Source of the DNA: Candidatus Poribacteria bacterium
GTDB lineage: Bacteria > Poribacteria > WGA-4E > WGA-3G
Assembly: GCA_963663765.2 (NCBI GenBank)
Contig: CAXXUA010000013.1
Span: forward strand, 696,396 to 760,395
DNA: 64,000 nucleotides
Reading direction: 5' to 3'
Positions 39,001 through 48,718 of this stretch are shown in pieces; positions within the stretch are counted from its first letter, which is position 1; every line of letters starts with the position of its first letter. The notes beneath the pieces are model-generated. The model worked only from the letters and a program-made list of their open reading frames with translations, made no database searches and was not told the origin of the DNA. The position numbers and the translations under genes were made by a program.

Positions 39001-40416
39001 CTATGGTTGCAAACCGAGTTTTTGATATGATTCAGCAGTAGGGAAAATCTTACCTGGATTACAGAGACCTGTTGGATTGAAAATGTCCTTGACACTTGCC
39101 ATCACCTGCAAATCTACGGGACTAAAGATAAGTGGCATGTAATCCATCTTTTCTATACCGATTCCGTGTTCACCCGTGATGGTACCCCCGACTTCAGCAC
39201 ACACCGTCAGAATTTCTTTGTTGACATGTTCCACACGTTCACTCTGGTCAGCATCGCGTTCGTCAAAAAGGACAATCGGATGGATGTTTCCATCACCAGC
39301 ATGGAACACATTTGCTATCGCAATCTGATAATGTTCTGAGATTTCTGCAATACGTCTCAGCACTTTTGGTAAGGTCGTGCGCGGCACAACGCCATCCTGC
39401 GTGATATAATTCGGTGCAAGCCTTCCAAATGAACCAAAAGCACTTTTGCGAGCTTTCCAAAGTTCTTGACGTTCAGCATCATCTTTAGCGTAATTGACTT
39501 CCCGAGCGTTGTGTTGCTTGAATATCTCCAAAATCTTGTCAGTCTGATTTTGCATACCTGCTTCAATGCCATCAAGTTCCACGATAAGAATCGCTTCCGC
39601 ATCCAGCGGAAAACCGAACTGAAAAGCATCTTCCAATGCCTTAATAACAAGCGTATCCATCATTTCAAGTGCAGCAGGAATGATCCCCTCACTAATAATG
39701 GTTGAGACTGCATTAGACGCATCGTTCATTTTATCAAAAACAGCAAGTGCGGTTTGATATGCCTGTGGATTCCGGGTGAGACGCACCGTTGCTTTGGTCA
39801 CAATTCCAAATGTGCCTTCAGAACCGATCATCACACCGCGTAAGTCATAGCCAGGAACTTCTTCGACCTCACCGCCAAACTCCAGAATCTCTCCATCCGG
39901 CATAACGACCTCCATACCAAGCACATGGTCAGAGGTCACACCGTATTTTAGTGTGTGAGGACCGCCAGAGTTCTCAGCAATATTTCCACCGATAGTACAC
40001 GCTTTTTGACTTGATGGGTCTGGTGCGTAGTGATAGCCTTGACTTTGAACTGCTTGGGACAAAAGTAGATTGATAACACCAGGTTCTACTACAGCGCGTT
40101 CGTTCTTAAGATCTATTTCAAGAATGCGGTCCATACGATTGAGCGCAATGATGATCCCGCCTTGCACAGAGAGCATACCACCACTCAAACCTGTTCCGCC
40201 TCCACGTGCAATAAATGGTGCATTATATCTGTTCGCAATCTTGACTATATCCGATACCTGCTTTGATGTATCTGCAAAGACAACTACATCAGGCATTGCC
40301 TTAAATGAGGGTGCTGCATCACATTCATAAACGGATAAGGCAGTCTCATCTGTTAGCACATTCTTTAATCCGAGCAGTTCGGATAGTTCTGCAATGAGAA
40401 GTTCTTTTTTATCCAT
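39001..40416 (-). CDS. glcD: FAD-linked oxidase, glycolate oxidase subunit GlcD-like
   Basis: RGGGTGLSGG, PDPSSQ, GSEGTFG, HAGDGNIHP, GEHGIG. Confidence 0.88.
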   Translation of the reverse strand: MDKKELLIAELSELLGLKNVLTDETALSVYECDAAPSFKAMPDVVVFADTSKQVSDIVKIANRYNAPFIARGGGTGLSGGMLSVQGGIIIALNRMDRILEIDLKNERAVVEPGVINLLLSQAVQSQGYHYAPDPSSQKACTIGGNIAENSGGPHTLKYGVTSDHVLGMEVVMPDGEILEFGGEVEEVPGYDLRGVMIGSEGTFGIVTKATVRLTRNPQAYQTALAVFDKMNDASNAVSTIISEGIIPAALEMMDTLVIKALEDAFQFGFPLDAEAILIVELDGIEAGMQNQTDKILEIFKQHNAREVNYAKDDAERQELWKARKSAFGSFGRLAPNYITQDGVVPRTTLPKVLRRIAEISEHYQIAIANVFHAGDGNIHPIVLFDERDADQSERVEHVNKEILTVCAEVGGTITGEHGIGIEKMDYMPLIFSPVDLQVMASVKDIFNPTGLCNPGKIFPTAESYQKLGLQP

Positions 40417-40622
40417 GGTGTCACCATTTCCTTTATTGAAACTGTCATTTTAGATTACCATGTTTTCTTACGTATGTCCAATAAGAATTGAAATGTAACA
40501 TATTTTTTTGGTATATCAGAAAAAATATGCTATAATTAAAAACGGTTGTCTTTGTAGATACAAACAAATTATTAAATATCCATTTAATACGCACCAGTAA
40601 GTGTATAAAGGAAGGAGAAAAG

Positions 40623-41405
40623 ATGCGAAAATTAATTTTCATTTTTGGGATTATCTGTTGTGTCGGATGGTTACTGCCACAATTTACCGTTGCTAAAATT
40701 GACCCAGAAACAGCAGTCGGTGTTTGGTTATTTGATGACGGTGCCGGGAATAGTGCCGAAGATTCGTCTGGAAAAGGCCATGAAGGAACAATTAATGGAG
40801 CAAGTTGGACAGATGGTAAATTCGGGGAAGCACTTGAATTCGATGGTGGTGATTGGGTTTCAATTGAATCAACATCAGACTTACAAATTGGAGAGGCATA
40901 CACGTTGATGGCATGGTTCTACGCCACCGATATAGGTAATTTTAGAGCAATTATTTCTAAACATTTGGAATATCTTATGCGAATTAATGGTCCTGGCGAA
41001 TCAAACGTCATTGCAACTTTTGTTCGTATAAATGACTCGTGGGAACCGAGAGCTACTGCGGGTGTGCCTGATACAGAAACATGGATACATTACGCGGTAA
41101 CTTTTGATAGTAATGAAAATACGAATAACTTACTCATATATGTAGACGGTGAACAAGCTGGAATGAGCTCACGTACAGGTGCGTCTGCTCCAACACAAAA
41201 TCCAGTTGCAATCGGAAGATGGGACACTGGTTCATACTTCGTTGGCATCATTGATGAAGTCGCAATCTTCAATACCGCACTCAGCGGAGAGGATATAAAC
41301 ACAATCAAAGATCACGGTTTAGATGCTGCGCTTGGTGGTGTATCTCCAGTGGAACCTGCTAATAAGTTGGCTACAACCTGGGGTAATCTAAAATCTGATC
41401 AATAG
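40623..41405 (+). CDS. Secreted LamG/concanavalin A-like protein
   Basis: Signal peptide, WLFDDG, GKFGEALEFDG, IDEVAIFN, C-terminal VEPANKLATTWGNLK. Confidence 0.9.
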   Translation: MRKLIFIFGIICCVGWLLPQFTVAKIDPETAVGVWLFDDGAGNSAEDSSGKGHEGTINGASWTDGKFGEALEFDGGDWVSIESTSDLQIGEAYTLMAWFYATDIGNFRAIISKHLEYLMRINGPGESNVIATFVRINDSWEPRATAGVPDTETWIHYAVTFDSNENTNNLLIYVDGEQAGMSSRTGASAPTQNPVAIGRWDTGSYFVGIIDEVAIFNTALSGEDINTIKDHGLDAALGGVSPVEPANKLATTWGNLKSDQ

Positions 41406-41425
41406 TCTGTGGTTTTACTCTGCAA

Positions 41426-41464
41426 AATGGGCGGAAATCAACACTTTCGCCCATTAACTTTTTT
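41426..41464 (+). terminator. Intrinsic terminator
   Basis: AATGGGCGGAA...TTTCGCCCATT stem then T-rich tail. Confidence 0.7.
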
Positions 41465-41639
41465 ATTTTTCAGTTACCAATAATTCTATACCTTCCGACA
41501 CTTTTCCATACACATTCTTATACCCAATTAACGTGATCTGATTTGCAAATTTGCGGTTAGGAAACCGCTAAACTTGCAAATCTTGATATAGACAAGTAAC
41601 CAAAATTTTACACATCCTTCTGAAGTTGGGATTGATACA

Positions 41640-41870
41640 TCTACTAAGAGAGTACATTTCAACATTAGAATCACAATAGATTATACATGATATTTATTGT
41701 TCTCAAAACAAAATTACACAACAAAAAAACGATAAAAAATCCATTTAGTTGTTTTTTTCAAAATTTCGCAAATTCAAGAAACGGACATAAACCCATGCTA
41801 CGACAGCTTCGATAGCACTAATGAAAAAATGGCAAAAAACCCAAAAAAAACAACTAAAATATTCCCTATC
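41640..41870 (-). repeat. Reverse copy of the dispersed repeat at 56519-56910
   Basis: Shares GGAATATTTTAGTTGTTTTTT, AAAAAAACAACTAAATGGATTTTTTATCG and GAGAACAATA...TGTTGAAATGTAC blocks. Confidence 0.7.
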
Positions 41871-41951
41871 AACAGAAGATGGGAAAATCGGAGTTGAAAA
41901 TTCCTACTACAAGAGTACATTTTGACAATTGAAATCCTCTGATTAATTATT

Positions 41952-42311
41952 CAGGGTTATTTAGTTCTAGGTATTTTTGATGATATTTTGCTATGCCGTT
42001 AATTTTATGTGTTGCCATCTTGTCCGTGTCTCTAGTCCCGTAGGGACGATATGTTTATAGAAAAATGTTATCAAACTCTCTTGAGTTCCGTAGGAACGGC
42101 ATAGAAGAATAAACATATCGTCCCTACGGGACTAAAGAGCTGGGGAGGGTATTCGTTATCTATAAACATATCGTCCCTACGGGACTAAAGAGCGATATTC
42201 AGTTTTCAATAAATTAAAATTGATGCGTAAAATTCGGTTAGGAAACCGAACCTGGGTATTAACTTCCAGTAAATCTCAAGAACAGAAAACTCTTAAAACT
42301 GAATAACCCTG
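41952..42311. mobile_element. 360-bp MITE, CAGGGTTATT TIR, 9-bp TSD
   Basis: TTAATTATT at 41943-41951 and 42312-42320; internal AGTCCCGTAGGGACGATATGTTTAT units in both orientations. Confidence 0.9.
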
Positions 42312-42453
42312 TTAATTATTTGTATCTTAAGCAACTATCTGCTATACTATTTATAGTTGTTATTATGACAATAAGACATCTTCGTTTATGTTTGCCCCTG
42401 ATGTCAGACGCAAATTCTATCTTGAATAACTGAAATAAGAAAGGACACAGATT

Positions 42454-43200
42454 ATGTCAGGACACTCTAAATGGTCTACAATTAAACACAAAAAAGCAGC
42501 TAATGATTCTAAACGTGGCAAACTCTTTTCAAAGTTAGTAAAGGAAATCTCTGCTGCTGCCCGACTCGGTGGAGGAGATGTAGACATGAATCCACGTCTA
42601 CGCACAGCAATTGCTACCGCGAAATCAAGCAACGTGCCAAGTGATAACATTGAAAAGGCAATTCTTCGGGGGACAGGTGAACTTGAAGGCGTATCTTTAG
42701 AGGAAGTTGTGTATGAAGGATATGGTCCAGGTGGTGTTGCGTTGATGATAGAGGTAATCACAGATAACAAAAATCGCGCTGTTGCGGAAATACGCCACGT
42801 ACTCGGTAAGTTTGATGGTAGAATCGGAGAACGCGGTTGTGTCGCTTGGGGATTCGATAAGTGTGGACTTATCGTTGTGGATGCAGATAGTATTGATGAA
42901 GAAGAATTGTTCCTCATCGCTGCGGATGCAGGTGCAGATGATTTGACTCCACTGGATACTGCTATTGAAATCATCACGCCTTTTGAGCAATTTGATAAAG
43001 TCGTTACCGCAATACAATCCACTGAAGCAAATATCCAGTTAGCGGAAATCAGCATGATACCACAAAATACTGTCAAACTTGAAGGGAAAGAGGCAGAAAA
43101 AATGTTACGACTCATGGAAAATCTTGACGAACTGGATGATGTACAAAAGGTATATGCAAACTTTGACATTCCTGACGACATATTGGAAGCTGCAGCGTAG
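42454..43200 (+). CDS. yebC: YebC/PmpR family protein
   Basis: MSGHSKWSTIKHKK, YEGYGPGG, DDVQKVYAN. Confidence 0.95.
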   Translation: MSGHSKWSTIKHKKAANDSKRGKLFSKLVKEISAAARLGGGDVDMNPRLRTAIATAKSSNVPSDNIEKAILRGTGELEGVSLEEVVYEGYGPGGVALMIEVITDNKNRAVAEIRHVLGKFDGRIGERGCVAWGFDKCGLIVVDADSIDEEELFLIAADAGADDLTPLDTAIEIITPFEQFDKVVTAIQSTEANIQLAEISMIPQNTVKLEGKEAEKMLRLMENLDELDDVQKVYANFDIPDDILEAAA

Positions 43201-43215
43201 ATTTTAGGTTGTTTT

Positions 43216-43716
43216 ATGATAATTCTTGGCATTGACCCAGGCATCGCAAACACTGGTTATGGAATCGTCGAATCAAACGCAAACCAATTTAAATCACTGC
43301 ATTACGGAAATATCAATACCAGTCCAAAAACTGATTCTGAGTTACGCCTGAAAAAAATATATGACACCGTGAGTGATCTAATCTCGCAGTTTGATGTTGA
43401 ATCGGTTGTGATTGAAGACATTTTCTTCAGTAAAAATGTCAGTAGTGCGTTTGTTGTAGGAGAAGTAAAAGGAATAATCAAGTTAGCAGCAGCAAACACA
43501 GACTCACCAGTTTCAACATACACGCCATTACAGGTGAAACAAGCTGTTGCAGGGTATGGAAAAGCATCAAAAACTCAGGTTCAAAAAATGGTGCAATTGC
43601 TACTAAAACTCAAAGAATTACCACAACCAGACCACGCAGCTGACGCACTTGCCTTGACGATATGCCACGCACGATTACACAAACTCAAAAAAATTCAAGA
43701 AAGATATAAGACATAA
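43216..43716 (+). CDS. ruvC: Holliday junction resolvase RuvC
   Basis: ILGIDPG, IEDIFF, DHAADALA. Confidence 0.95.
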   Translation: MIILGIDPGIANTGYGIVESNANQFKSLHYGNINTSPKTDSELRLKKIYDTVSDLISQFDVESVVIEDIFFSKNVSSAFVVGEVKGIIKLAAANTDSPVSTYTPLQVKQAVAGYGKASKTQVQKMVQLLLKLKELPQPDHAADALALTICHARLHKLKKIQERYKT

Positions 43717-43753
43717 TGCTACAGAACTATCCATACAAAGGAACTGCACTCAC

Positions 43754-44350
43754 ATGATCGCTCAACTCATAGGCACACTTTCCCAAAAAAATGTTAAAGA
43801 TGTTGTCATAGATGTAAACGGTGTTGGATATTTAGTTGAAGTTGCTGAAAAAACACTAAACGAATTGCCTTCTATCGGAGAACCCATTACTCTCTATACT
43901 TATTATAGCCATAGCAGAGATAACATCATAAAACTATACGGTTTCACTTCTCGAGACGCACTCAAAATGTTCGAATTAGCGATTACCGTGAAAGGTGTCG
44001 GTCCAGCACTTGCACAAAATATCGTTTCAAGATTATCACCTGCACAATTCCAACAAGCAGTGCTAAAAGAGAACATGGCAGTTTTAATGAGAGTTCCAAG
44101 GTTAGGCAAAGAACTAGCTCAACTTATCGTCATCAAACTAAAAAAGAATATCGCTAAAATCAAATTAGAAGAAAAAGTAGAAATCGGCGGTGTAGGATCA
44201 GTAGAACAAGCGGTTATCAACGTGTTGGTAAATCTTGGTGCATCAGAGATTGAAGCAGAACAAGCATTAGAAATTGCACAAAAGAAACTCAGTAAAGATG
44301 CGGATAGAGATGCGTTGGTCAAAGAAGCTCTTCGTAATATCCGAAATTAA
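43754..44350 (+). CDS. ruvA: Holliday junction branch migration protein RuvA
   Basis: MIAQLIG, DVNGVGY, LYGF, VKGVGP. Confidence 0.93.
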   Translation: MIAQLIGTLSQKNVKDVVIDVNGVGYLVEVAEKTLNELPSIGEPITLYTYYSHSRDNIIKLYGFTSRDALKMFELAITVKGVGPALAQNIVSRLSPAQFQQAVLKENMAVLMRVPRLGKELAQLIVIKLKKNIAKIKLEEKVEIGGVGSVEQAVINVLVNLGASEIEAEQALEIAQKKLSKDADRDALVKEALRNIRN

Positions 44351-44382
44351 CTCGATACTTAAAATTAAATACAAAACCACCG

Positions 44383-45465
44383 TTGAAGCAGAAAATATTA
44401 AGACCCGAATGTCAGGACAACGAAATGGAAAAATACGATATTCACGATAATGTTGAAGACGATTTTGGATATAGTCTACGTCCAGAAACTTTAGATGAAT
44501 TTATCGGTCAAAAAAAGCCAAAAGAACAACTACGTATCCACATTGAAGCCGTAAAAAATAGGCGCGCTGCAAAAACTAAGAAAAATGTCAAAAGTAAGGA
44601 TTATGTCTTAGAACATGTTCTCCTTGTTAGTCCACCCGGTCTCGGAAAAACAACACTTGCAAAAATTATAGCGAATGAATTCGGTACTAACTTCAAACAG
44701 GTCATCGGACCAGCGATGGAACGTCTTGACCTTTCCATGACTTTAACAAACCTTGAGGAAGGGGATATACTTTTTATAGACGAAATCCACAGAATGAAAA
44801 GGCCTATCCAAGAGTCACTGTATCCTGTCCTTGAAGATTTCGTGCTGGATCTGCCTATTGGACAAGGTCCAGGTTCAGATGTCGTCCAAGTACCCATTGA
44901 ACCATTTACATTGGTTGGCGCAACTACACGAGAAGGTCTACTTGAAGGTCCTTTCCGAACGAGAATCGGTATCTATATTCATCTTGATTACTATACACCC
45001 GAAGACATACAACAGGCAATACGAATCAACAGCGCAAAACTCAAAATTGAAATTGAAGAAGATGCGGAATACGCTTTAGCACTACGGGCGCGCGGTACCA
45101 TGCGTATCGCAAACAAACTCCTTTACAACGTCAGGGATTATGCACAGGTTAAAAGTGGCGGTGTCTTAACACTGGATGTTGTCACTGAAGCATTAGAATT
45201 TTTCGGAATTGATGAGAAAGGTTTTGCCACACAGGATTATGCTTATTTCAAAACGCTCATTGATACTTTCAAAGGACGCGCCGGACTTAAAGCACTCGCA
45301 ATCGCCCTCAGTGAAGATGAACGCACCATCTCTGACGTTTACGAGCCGCATTATATAAAAGAAGGTTTCATTATGCTCACGCCAAGTGGACGTGTCGCAA
45401 CTGAAGCAGCACATGAATATTTCGGATACCCAATTACCAAACAACCATCGCTCTTTGACCTATGA
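44383..45465 (+). CDS. ruvB: Holliday junction branch migration helicase RuvB
   Basis: LRPETLDEFIGQ, PPGLGKTT, FIDEIHR, FTLVGATT. Confidence 0.95.
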   Translation: MKQKILRPECQDNEMEKYDIHDNVEDDFGYSLRPETLDEFIGQKKPKEQLRIHIEAVKNRRAAKTKKNVKSKDYVLEHVLLVSPPGLGKTTLAKIIANEFGTNFKQVIGPAMERLDLSMTLTNLEEGDILFIDEIHRMKRPIQESLYPVLEDFVLDLPIGQGPGSDVVQVPIEPFTLVGATTREGLLEGPFRTRIGIYIHLDYYTPEDIQQAIRINSAKLKIEIEEDAEYALALRARGTMRIANKLLYNVRDYAQVKSGGVLTLDVVTEALEFFGIDEKGFATQDYAYFKTLIDTFKGRAGLKALAIALSEDERTISDVYEPHYIKEGFIMLTPSGRVATEAAHEYFGYPITKQPSLFDL

Positions 45466-45495
45466 TCTACTTGAGAATTCGCATTCGGAAATGAT

Positions 45496-46524
45496 ATGAA
45501 CTTGACAGACTTTGATTACGATTTACCATCGGACCGCATTGCACAAGAACCATTACCACATCGAGATGCATCAAAACTCATGTTCATTGACCGCAGCACA
45601 GGTGAATTTCAACATACTTTATTTTCCAAAATAGGAGATTACTTCAAAGAACCTACGCTGTTCGTATTCAACAACACAAAAGTTATACCCGCAAGACTGA
45701 TTGGTAAAAAGAAGAACTCTGGAGGAAGAATTGAACTTCTACTCATTTCTGAAAAAGAAAAAGACACATGGGAAGTATTAGCGAAACCGAAACGAAGTCT
45801 AAAAATCGGCACACTGATTGAATTCGGAAATAAAATGCTGTCAGGAGAAGTTGTAGAAAAACCGGAAGATGGCAATTGCTTGATTCACTTCACTTATGAA
45901 GGTTTATTTTCTCAAGTCCTTGCAGAAGTAGGTATCATGCCTTTACCACCCTACATTCGTCGCAACCCAAATGAAGATGACAAGATACGCTATCAATCTG
46001 TGTATGCTTCACAGGAAGGCGCTATTGCTGCACCAACTGCAGGATTACACTTCACCACAGAATTACTGGAGAAACTCAAGAATCAAGGAATAGACTTTGC
46101 ATGGATAACGCTACATGTGGGAATCGGGACTTTTCAACCTGTGAAAGTACACAATATACAGTCACATAAAATGCATGCAGAATTTATTGACATATCAGAA
46201 ACAGAGGCAGACAGAATTCGAAAAGCAAAGGAAAAAGGAACAAGAATCGTTGCTGTGGGAACCACAGTTGTCAGATCACTTGAAACCGCAGCAACAGATA
46301 GAACTATCAAACCTTACACCGGGCATAGTGAACTCTTTATCTATCCCGGATATAAATTTAAAATCGTTGATGCATTGATTACAAACTTTCACCTACCAAA
46401 ATCGACACTGCTCATGCTTGTCAGTGCATTCGCCGACACCCAACTAATTAAAAAGGCATACACTGAAGCATTGACACGCGAATACCGATTTTATAGTTAT
46501 GGTGACGCAATGCTAATACACTAA
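45496..46524 (+). CDS. queA: S-adenosylmethionine:tRNA ribosyltransferase-isomerase
   Basis: DFDYDLP, AAPTAGLHFT, TNFHLPKS, YRFYSYGDAM. Confidence 0.97.
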   Translation: MNLTDFDYDLPSDRIAQEPLPHRDASKLMFIDRSTGEFQHTLFSKIGDYFKEPTLFVFNNTKVIPARLIGKKKNSGGRIELLLISEKEKDTWEVLAKPKRSLKIGTLIEFGNKMLSGEVVEKPEDGNCLIHFTYEGLFSQVLAEVGIMPLPPYIRRNPNEDDKIRYQSVYASQEGAIAAPTAGLHFTTELLEKLKNQGIDFAWITLHVGIGTFQPVKVHNIQSHKMHAEFIDISETEADRIRKAKEKGTRIVAVGTTVVRSLETAATDRTIKPYTGHSELFIYPGYKFKIVDALITNFHLPKSTLLMLVSAFADTQLIKKAYTEALTREYRFYSYGDAMLIH

Positions 46525-46542
46525 CAAACAAGGAGTTTGAAT

Positions 46543-46845
46543 ATGGACCAATATGTAGGTATGCTTATCCCATTTATATTAATTGGTGCGATATTTTACT
46601 TTCTTTTACTACGACCCGAACAACAAAAAAGAAAAAAACACCAAACTATGCTTGAAAACCTAACAAAAGGCGACGATATCGTTACCAACGGCGGATTACA
46701 CGGAAAAATACTGGGGGTTAGTAACGACAAGAAAATCGTTCTACTTTCAGTTGGAGAGATGAATAATCAGGAAATAAAAGTAAATATTTCGCTGAGTGCA
46801 ATAGCATTTTTGAAAAAGGGTGGAGAACTTATTGAAGGTGAGTAA
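46543..46845 (+). CDS. yajC: Preprotein translocase subunit YajC
   Basis: FYFLLLRP, GDDIVTNGGLHG. Confidence 0.92.
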   Translation: MDQYVGMLIPFILIGAIFYFLLLRPEQQKRKKHQTMLENLTKGDDIVTNGGLHGKILGVSNDKKIVLLSVGEMNNQEIKVNISLSAIAFLKKGGELIEGE

Positions 46846-47473
46846 ATAAGCCTATGGACAATTGATAACACACACCTTCAAAAGACATTATTTGTGCCTG
46901 AGTCCTTTCTGGTAAGACCAGTAACTCATTGTTTCTCAAAAGGATATGTGTAATATTCTCTTCAGTATCAACAAATTTCAATTTTACTGATCCGTTCTCA
47001 TTCTGGAAACGATAAAGACAGACTGCTTCACCAATGAATTTAGCAGAATAGTTGTTTTCACTAATATGAAGAAAATAATCTGTTTTTGTAACATATTCAC
47101 CAGAATCTAATATCATGGCAGCGGTTTCAGTTTCTGAAGGTGTTTTACATATTGCTATTTCTATACTTTCCGACGTAGTGATAACTTCATACGTGGTATG
47201 ATGTGGAATATACGCAACACAAGCATGACCATCAAAGACGTTAGCACGTTCACCTAAAATTCCATTTGCTTTATTTCCATTATGGCCAACCAACAATGTG
47301 CATTGACCCCCTAAAGCAATCAGAGCGACTTCACAGTCATCTGTATGGTCAAAAAATGTCGATTCTGGAAGAAGATTCAGGATGCCAAATTGCAGATTGT
47401 TTAAACCAAATTCTATAGGATTTAATAGTGGAGTGAATCCCTTAGAAGTTTGATACTGTCTACGACTAAACAT
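46829..47473 (-). CDS. IolB-like (5-deoxy-glucuronate isomerase-like) cupin, divergent C-terminus
   Basis: EVALIALGG, GERANVFDG, VAYIP match the IolB N-half; PPHKH-type motif absent. Confidence 0.65.
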   Translation of the reverse strand: MFSRRQYQTSKGFTPLLNPIEFGLNNLQFGILNLLPESTFFDHTDDCEVALIALGGQCTLLVGHNGNKANGILGERANVFDGHACVAYIPHHTTYEVITTSESIEIAICKTPSETETAAMILDSGEYVTKTDYFLHISENNYSAKFIGEAVCLYRFQNENGSVKLKFVDTEENITHILLRNNELLVLPERTQAQIMSFEGVCYQLSIGLFTHLQ

Positions 47474-48056
47474 CAGCACTGAATTCCATGAGTTTTTCAA
47501 CAAAACTGGCTAACGGTAGTCCAACAACATTGAAGTAACAACCTTCAATTCTATTGACAAAAGCAGCACCACGTCCTTGTATACCGTAGGCTCCAGCCTT
47601 GTCTGCTGGCTCGCCGCTATTGATATAACCTACAATCTCTGTTGAGGAGAGATCGCGAAAGAATACTATTGTCTTTTCTGACCAAGTCAATTCTCTGTTG
47701 TCAGCAACATTGTACAAACAAACTCCGGTAACGACATAATGGCTTCTATTGCTAAGACGTGTTAACATCTTCTGCGCATGCTCATTGTTCTGTGGTTTAC
47801 CAAGAAGTACGTCATCAATGGATACTAAAGTGTCCGCACCAATAATAACCCCCTCGGTAAATCGCTTAGCAACATCTTTTGCCTTTAATGAAGCAAGGTG
47901 TTGCGTTGTTTCCTCGGGGGACAAGTGTTGTTGTAGAATTGGTTCTTCAATTCCGCTTGGGAATATCTCAAATGTCAGACCTATTTGTGAAAGCAAGTCT
48001 GAACGACGCGGGGAAGCAGATGCCAGTATTAACCGAGGGAATTTTATTTCTGGCAT
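47466..48056 (-). CDS. maf: Maf family nucleotide pyrophosphatase
   Basis: LILASASPRR, IGADT, LGKP, DKAGAYGIQG, NVVGLP. Confidence 0.95.
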   Translation of the reverse strand: MPEIKFPRLILASASPRRSDLLSQIGLTFEIFPSGIEEPILQQHLSPEETTQHLASLKAKDVAKRFTEGVIIGADTLVSIDDVLLGKPQNNEHAQKMLTRLSNRSHYVVTGVCLYNVADNRELTWSEKTIVFFRDLSSTEIVGYINSGEPADKAGAYGIQGRGAAFVNRIEGCYFNVVGLPLASFVEKLMEFSADV

Positions 48057-48063
48057 AGCAATA

Positions 48064-48354
48064 TTATTGTAGGCAATACCATTGATCGCGATTTCTATCT
48101 TGAATCTTCAACAAATTAGCATCTAATAACTCAGAGATACCAGTGTTAACATCAGTTTCTGTGAGTCCAACCTTACCTAAAAGTTCATCTCTATTCGGAG
48201 TACGGAACCATTCAGGTTTGTCCTGAGATTCCGTTTTACCACGAAAGACTTCAAGCGCACTATAGAGACGTAGCGTCTTTGATGATAAGCCTACTAACGG
48301 ATTTATATTTGAAAAGAAGTCAAAGGATTGTTTCTGCACTTTCTTATTCCTCAA
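48064..48354 (-). CDS. Hypothetical protein, possible winged helix
   Basis: Operonic with maf; helix-turn-helix-like C-half. Confidence 0.55.
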   Translation of the reverse strand: MRNKKVQKQSFDFFSNINPLVGLSSKTLRLYSALEVFRGKTESQDKPEWFRTPNRDELLGKVGLTETDVNTGISELLDANLLKIQDRNRDQWYCLQ

Positions 48355-48480
48355 TGTATAGTTTTCCTTCTACAAGATAAGAACGCAAAAACCGCAAAAG
48401 TGGTTACAAAATGTTTACTATGGCGAGTTTTCAATGGTATTTTCACGGATATGTATTACATTAGACATTATAACGGTTTA

Positions 48481-48715
48481 TAGTGAAATATACAAATAAG
48501 TTAACTTCTCTTCTGTAGGAGCGACCTTCGGTCGCGACCGTGAGGTCACTCCTACAAGATCTCCGCAGTTAATGATACATAATATATAAAAATGGTATTA
48601 CATCTTGTGGGAGGGGTTTGTAACCCCGATTATACAGGTTTCAAATTGCTAATTCGGGGTTGAAAACCCGACAAATTCCATACGCGCATTTGGCGTTGAT
48701 TCACTCCCACAAGAA
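48481..48715. repeat. MITE/REP mosaic
   Basis: TAGTGAAATATACAA left end as at 56160; GTAGGAGCGACC REP; GTGGGAGGGGTTT doublet with a small insert. Confidence 0.65.
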
Positions 48716-48718
48716 TTG

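Noticed and set aside
42417-43253. 278-aa minus-strand ORF and the many other short overlapping ORFs
   Set aside because: Antisense or out-of-frame shadows of well-supported genes, or ORFs lying within MITEs
45496-46845. Missing tgt between queA and yajC
   Set aside because: Gene order varies widely; tgt may lie outside the window
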